Assembly (NCBI GenBank): GCA_043228905.1
Contig: JBHGNT010000002.1
Location: 310,001 to 374,000 of the forward strand
DNA from: Azolla caroliniana
Lineage: Eukaryota > Plantae > Polypodiophyta
Length of the DNA: 64,000 nt
Direction: 5' to 3'
Shown: piece after piece, positions 57,028 through 64,000 of the stretch
How positions within the stretch are numbered: the first letter of the stretch is position 1
Layout of the letters: each line of letters begins with the position of its first letter
The notes under the pieces: model-generated
Told to the model about the DNA's origin: nothing
The model's input: the letters and a program-made list of their open reading frames with translations, nothing else
Database searches by the model: none
Translations under genes and position numbers: made by a program

Positions 57028-60000
57028 ATGGCATTGCCAGCGGATAGATCAAAGATAGAGCAGATTGTGGTAGAATTTTTTGCAAAAAGTTTGCACATCA
57101 TTTTGGAATCTAGGATACCTGCTCTGTGTTCAGAAAGTGATTATGCTGGTTCATTTTCTTCCTCTTCCTCCTCGGGACCGAAAACTAGAGATAGATGGTT
57201 CAACCTTGCTCTTGGAGACTGTACAGCTGCTCTACAGAACTTTGAGCCATGGCGGAGAAGCTTCTCTGATCCTATGATTGTAGATATATTACTGGATCAA
57301 CCAAAATCCATGGAAAAAAGCTCACTTTCAGCGAGAACTGTGTCACAGGATCAATCTTGGGTTCAGAACACCGCCCCATTGAAAGACACAGTTGAAGATT
57401 TGGGCATTGCAGATGAAGGGAATGTATTAGAAAGGTGGACAGTGCAGTTTGAGCAGCGTAAGAAGGGTTACACATCAAGTTCTGATCTTGTATCTAAGAC
57501 AGGGGATGTACATAACATGAAAAAAGCAAGCAAAATTGGAGCAACTGAATCCCAGAATGACAAGGAGGCAGGGTCAGAAATAAGGTCACAAAAACCTGAA
57601 ATTCAAATAGGTGAAAGTTCTGCCAGAGGTATAGGAGTGAATCCACTACCCATATATGTAACAGAAGTGCCAGCTGTATATAAAAGAACCGTGATAATGC
57701 TTCGTTCTCTGTACAGCAAATGCAGGCTTTTGCCCACATATCGATTATTCAGGCTTGCAAACTCGCCTTCGAACTGCTGTAACTTCTCACTCACGTACAG
57801 AGTTTTAGCTTCAGTGCTACCTTTTTCTGGGTATGGGGACAGGGACATGCCACTGTATAGTTTTGCCCCGGTGGAGACGTTATATGGCCGAATGTGTTTA
57901 TCTGTTGCGTATCAGCAGAATACTTCTGTTGTTGCCCTCGAAGTTGTACCTTCAATTCTTCCTCGCATAATCCCAGATTATGTTGGCAGCCCAACTACTG
58001 ATCCCTTGAAAAGATTTACAGGAGACCCACGATCCCTACCATCTGGTGGTATGCCCATCAATCGAGGGATACGCCTGGTGTCTGTCCCTTCATCACTGCG
58101 GAACTCACCACCTCCAGATCTCCTTCTTGGGAGGCGGCACAGTTGGAGTGGAAGAATAAACCAAGTGCAACCAGTACTTCTTCCACCATCTTCACCCTCC
58201 TACCTAAGTAAGTCATGCTTTTCTTTCATTGCATTCTACCATTGATCCCTTACAATCAGGCTTCATCATAGTCTTGTGCATCTGATTTACCCATTCAATC
58301 TTTTTGTTCCATTGTCACATGCAGATTGCATTCAACCAGCAATCATTGACAAGCATGGGTCTCCCTCACAACCTGTAAGCATAGACAACTGTGCAATACC
58401 CTCTTTTTCTCCTTCTCCTTCTCCTTCACCTCCGTCTTATCCGGTTTGTGCCCCAGTAATCATACCAAAAATATCTCATTCTAGAGGCACCAAGCTGCTT
58501 GTAGGGGATGCTCACCAACGCAGTAGAAATCTGCTCCCTCCTCTTTCACCTAGTGCTCGGAAACTTGGACCATCACTCAGAAGTTCATCTGGAAGTCCTA
58601 GATATTCAGGAAAATTGTATCCTCGTTCGGATCAGTTGAGTTCATTTGAATCATCTATGCAGCTCTATATGATGAATGATGATGCTCAGCAGGTATGCAT
58701 CTTTACTGGACATCATATGTATCAGATGCATGTTTCTATGTATCGATCTACATATGCATATTGAATGCATAATATGTGTTTTTATATTTACCTATACATA
58801 TACATACGTACATCTATCTATCTAATTAAATAATATGGTAAACTTTTGTTGAGGCTGAAAGTGGGTTAGAAGCATCCACAAAGATAAGAAAACTAAACTC
58901 ATTTAATTAATAAATCCAAGAAAGACTTTATGAGCATCATCCCAAATTGGTCCTCACTAGTTGTTGTACGTTATCGTGAATTATTTACTTCACGAATAGA
59001 AATTCTAATTAAAAGAACAGCTATTTGACTTGAAGATGGTTTAGCTCTATAGGTGCAAAGTTTAACTCTCAAATGTGTGAAACAAGCATTGGACATTGAA
59101 TGTGTATGATACATCCACATTTGCATCCTCGTAAAGTCTATTGAAAGATCAATAGACCCTAAATTCTTTAGTACTTTACACACACACACCCCATGTGGCA
59201 GTATGTATATTTGGCAGAATGTGAATTACATGGAAAGAGTCATTTGAGAGGTATATATAGACTCTCAAGCCAATTGTAAGGGGGGAAGAAAAAGGGAAAT
59301 CGATCAACCGGTTCAAGAAGGGCTATAAACTCTACTATTGTATGTTGTATTTGAGGTTTTGAATATTTAGGGTTAGGGTTTCACTAATCTATATTGTGCT
59401 TATATAGCTATTAATAATCTAAGCCATCATTGAGTTTCAAACACTACATATTTATTCACTCCCAATTCCTCTCAATCTATCTATTTCATTTTTTGGTCTC
59501 TGTCTCTCACCTCATTCATAACCCCTATGGTTCGCACACACTAATCATGAACTTTACTACAATGTGTACAATGATTAGTATCTTCTCATCCATAGTCCAT
59601 GGAGGATGATCCTATAAGAAACTAATGGCGGCATTGGTAATGTAGGATTCACATTTGATCTCCTTAATGGTCTTATAGTTACTTCTTGAGGTCGGAGTTA
59701 GCAATGGGCCCGATTTGGTTGCGGTTTGGTTCGGTTTCTTTGCCTTAAAACCGAACTGAACCATTTATATAAAACAAAACCCAAACCGAACCATTTAGGA
59801 ACTCTCAGCCATTTAAACCAAACCATTTAAATAAAAGGTAAACCAAACCATTTATGGAAAAGTTGAAACCAAACTGAACCATTAAATAGAATATTTAAAC
59901 CTAACCACTTAAGTCAAACTAATTAAAAAACTAAATAAAAAAATTACATTAAGTTAAATTAATTAAATCAACAAAAATACATTAATTAAACAATTAAATT

Positions 60001-62667
60001 AAATCAGCATTTAAGTTAAATTAATTAAATCAATAAAAAAACATTAATTAAAGCATTAAGGAGAAAAAACATTTACGAAAAACCCATAAACCTATAAATC
60101 AAACCACTTAAACCTATAAACCGATAAACTTGAGTTTTGGAACCGAACTGTTTATTTATAATCCAAACCAAACCAACCGTTAATTTTTTTTGAAACCAAT
60201 AAACCGTTAAACCATGGCTTAACTGTTCGGTTCGGTTTGAGCCGAACCCGGGCCCATTCCTAGTTGGAATACCACGTTTGCTGAGCTTTAATATCTTTTG
60301 TTTGGGGATTTTATGCTATACCAATGGGGGATTCAATGAGGAGGCCAGTCTAGCTAGCGATATGGATTTCTCTTTTTGTTGAAGCTCAAGTACCAAGCCT
60401 CTTCAAAGGGGAGACATAAATAGAAACCCAATAAATAGTAAAACGAGCAGAAAACCCACAAAATAGTTAAAATGAACAAATTTTCTATTTCACAGAGTTT
60501 GCATTGTGCAATACTGCATGTTATCACAAATCCCTTCATAATAATAGTCGTCTCATGGGTTTCCATTGCAGAAATAGCAACCTAGGGTCTTATTCCCTCT
60601 GGCCCTTGTCATGTGCAGTATATTTGGTCAAATAATGTGTTCCTTATTTTGTATATACTATGAAGTGCTATTTTTACAATATTTTGGTCAGTTTCTTCAA
60701 TTTTTGGCTAGGACTCATCAGTTGCTTGCCCCAAGATTTCACTCAGATTTTTGGTGAATTTCTTCAATCATTCTTTACGTGTTTCAGATTTCTCCAATTC
60801 CTTGAAATTTGCACACAATCAGTGTGAATTTGCTCAATGTGCCTGTACTCAGAATTAATGAAAACTTGTATTGAAGATCAAAGTTGGATGTTTCTAGATC
60901 ATTAATCTATCATCTGAGAACTATAATAAACAATGTTCATGTTAAACATATTATGTATCTCTCTATATACCATGTAAAGGTGATATGCCTGTACCTTGAT
61001 ACCCGCACAAGCATGCGAATGAAGGATGATGTTGAGGTGCTTTATAAGTTTTATTGCAAACTAGGTCAAGGTCGGAGGGTGTCATGGGCCATACACTATG
61101 AAGCAGAAAGGCTTTTGGTGATGAAGAGTTGCCCACTGATTTAATGGTAGAATTTTTGTCACACATTCTCAAACAATATGTAGAACTCTACTCTCTCTCA
61201 ATCATTTAAAGTACTGTGAAATGGCTGCATTTAACAAAGCAAAGCCTTCTCTGAGGAAGATCAGAAGACCGTGTGATCTTTATGCAACTTTCATGTTCCA
61301 AATGTTGTGATATTTCTCATGAAGTAGAGTTGCACATAATTTTTACCTGCTAGAGGAAGTTTCCAATGCAGATTCCCAAGAAGCTCTCTAATACAGACAC
61401 ACAAATCCGACCATTAGGCCATGCTGAGGCTTTGCAGTGTAGAAAATTTCTCTCAAAATCTTTATATATAATTTATGGAATTTACAAACTCATGATTGGA
61501 ACACATGGTGCATCTGACTTAGCAAACTTAGAGTATACGAATCAGATTCATCAATTTCGTGCTTCCACTCAGGGGTTGAAAAGATTAATTTACTTAACAA
61601 AATCTATTAATGGAAAGCTTGCAGTTCGCTCAGATGACTATAAAGTGGCCAAAAGAGCACGGCTGAGCATTTCATTTGGAAAGATAGATGATCGGGGTTA
61701 TTTGTAGTCACAGAATAACAAGGGTTCACAAGCTGTCACATCGACCAACAAGAACTTAAGTATCATCATGCAGTGTTTTAGTACAGAATGAAACCTCAAT
61801 ATTTTACTGATCTACTTGTGGCAAGAGGACATAATGCATCAGATTCCAGTTAACATAATTCATGTTCGCCAAATATGCCAAGGGTATTTCAAACCCCAGG
61901 AAATGGAATCCTAAGCCTCTGAACATTGTTCCACACTTACAGTTTTAAAAAAAATTCTCTTGAATATTTTTATCTGGATTCTTGCTGGGGATTTAGCATG
62001 TTAAAAATTGTGCCCGATTGCGAGTTTGGTCATGCTGCATAGTGATTCATTGAAATTATGAAATCATAGGTTTGGAGCAGTGAAGGAAATCAGCCCGACT
62101 TTCCACCTGAGAACCCCATAACTGGTTTATCACAAACAACTTTATTAATGTCATCAAGCAAAGCTGTGCTTGGTAATGATGTGGAAGACGAGGATTTTTC
62201 ATGTCCCTTTGCAGTGGATGACATGGATATGGAAGAAAACTGTTCCAGGTATAGATTTTGATATTTTCATAGACTGTTTATTTAGAAATATAGTCGACTT
62301 ATGATTCAGGATTTTGGGCAGTGGATCTAGACATCTTCTTGGAACCAAGGGAAAGGTTTTTGAGTCCTCAACTTCAGGGTCTTCACAACAATCTCAGGAT
62401 GCTGCTGTAGGTGCTTTAATTCGAGCGTTCAAATCTGCCCAACCTCTGAGACGCTCATCTTGGCTTGATCTCTCGGTAGAGTTGGATTCTAAAAGAGGAA
62501 GCGCTATAAGCCCCAGAGGAATGGCCAGAGAATATAAAAAAAAAGCATCTTCAGGTCCCTTCTTTCCCTCCAAGAAAACTGCGTCAGATGCTTTGGAGGA
62601 GCTCCAACTGTACAAGAAGACAAGAGATCTATTGCATACACAAAATGAGAGGGAGGACATACTTTAA
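57028..62667 (+). CDS. ATG13: Autophagy-related protein 13 (HORMA domain)
   Basis: Exons 57028-58207, 58325-58692, 62070-62248, 62322-62667, in phase. EQIVVEFFAKSLHIILESR, DRWFNLAL, DYVGSP, DFSCPFAVDD, SQDAAVGAL, DALEEL motifs of plant ATG13. Confidence 0.9.
59699..60262. mobile_element. Non-autonomous hAT-type MITE in an ATG13 intron
   Basis: 14-bp TIR TAG(C/G)AATGGGCCCG; decayed 8-bp TSD GTCGGAGT/GTTGGAAT; many subterminal AAACC/GAACC motifs. Confidence 0.85.
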
Positions 62668-64000
62668 CTTAAGGAAGTACATCATTAATGATTTGGAGAA
62701 CCTTTTAAGGTCCTTCTATCATCAGAAAAACTTTCTATGATGGTCCAACACAAAAAATCAAAATGCTACACTATTTGTACAGTTCTAATAATTATTGGCG
62801 TAAATAGTGGTTTTGAGTTGCAACTCCTTTGCTTATCATACATGAAGATAAGATACACAATTATTAGCGATGTTACACAGAAGTGAAAAAAGCTTGTGTT
62901 CTGTTTTTGTACAATGATCATTTGTTTTTTCCGAATTTCATTGGTACCCTTTGTGGGTTTCCGTGTAACACTTATTTTCTTTACCTGAGGGATGTAGATA
63001 GTTTTCAGATGAATATGTACAGACACAAGTAAGCTTTTTGCATTCTGAGTAGAAAGCCAATGCTGTAAACTTTCCTTTGAAATGCTTTTATTCCAAATGT
63101 AAAGACTTTTCATGCCTTTTTGTTTTACCTTAGCATCACTAGTACATTTTGGATATTAATTTGATGTCTGTTGGTGTTCATATACTATTTACTTATGTGT
63201 GTCTTATTATTTTTTGTTTGATTGCATGGAAATTTTGAAAATGTTGCCTCAGAAAACACAACTCAATCATAATGGGTGTTCATAATGACATAGTTACCTA
63301 TATGAATAAGATCATAGTGGATAAACAGAATTTTGAGTTAGCATTCAATTAATGAGCACAGAAAATTGAGGATATTTGTCAAAACATAATCTTAGAGTTG
63401 AACCATGCCCAAGAGTATAGATAAGATTAGGCTTTGATACCAGAATACCACAACAGTATGTCGTTTTGCTACGTTCAACATATGGTGTCGTAGAATCAAA
63501 GAAGCCCAATAATTAATTAAATGTTTTAGAAGCTTACCATGCATTTTAGTAGTGGTAAGTCTTTGAACGGTCATTGTAGTCTATCATGTTCAATCTAAAA
63601 TAGGAGCCCACGTCCTCCCACCATCTGTTTTTTGTTTTATCTTACTTTTGTGCTATACCAACTTATTCTAGAGTGAACCTCCATGCCATCCCTCTCTCTA
63701 GTCTATAATTGTTTTTCGTAATTATCGTTCTTGGGCATTAGGCTCCAATGTTTGTAAAAACCTAGGATTGGAACCAATAACCATTGGTATCTAGATTATA
63801 TTAAGTACTACCCTTTGTAGTGTCTTAATTATGTCTGACCTTGTAAAGAGTTAGAAATTAAGGTTCTTTAATTTGTTGGTAAAAGAGTGATTGAGCAAAC
63901 ACTACACCAAAAAAATTTGAAGGCATTTTAATAAGCTGAATCTTTATTTGATAATGGACTACTCTACTTGATTGTACCACAACCTCTCAAAGGATGTTCA

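Noticed and set aside
60354-61707. Short ORFs inside the ATG13 long intron
   Set aside because: No motifs; exons 2 and 3 already join in phase without them.

Overview
Land-plant nuclear DNA, probably a non-seed plant such as a bryophyte (inferred from a Tcn1-like chromovirus and gene style). Bases 1-831 are a decayed CYP51 pseudogene. About 1,040-42,930 is one nested LTR-retrotransposon island of 11 insertions, four layers deep. An old Ty3/gypsy (A) hosts an Athila/Selgy-like gypsy (B, 1202-35033). B hosts a tRNA-Trp-primed gypsy (C), an intact young Ty1/copia, an internally deleted copia and a self-priming Tcn1-like chromovirus (D). C carries three further insertions, D carries a solo LTR, and a second young copia sits in the 3' LTR of A. 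The right 21 kb holds three intron-containing + strand genes (MED18, a renalase-like FAD oxidoreductase, ATG13) plus small repeats, a SINE, a LINE remnant and a hAT-type MITE. Most unusual: (1) element B has no polypurine tract and instead carries a sense copy of the 3' end of its own primer tRNA-Arg, ending in CCA 2 nt before the 3' LTR; (2) both LTRs of D begin with an antisense tRNA-derived Pol III promoter whose predicted ~90-nt transcript would end across the PPT; (3) the Trp-primed family has a -1 frameshift signal after the protease and 4-bp targets with a central CG. All calls come from reading the sequence; no searches were run and tRNA/protein comparisons are from memory.
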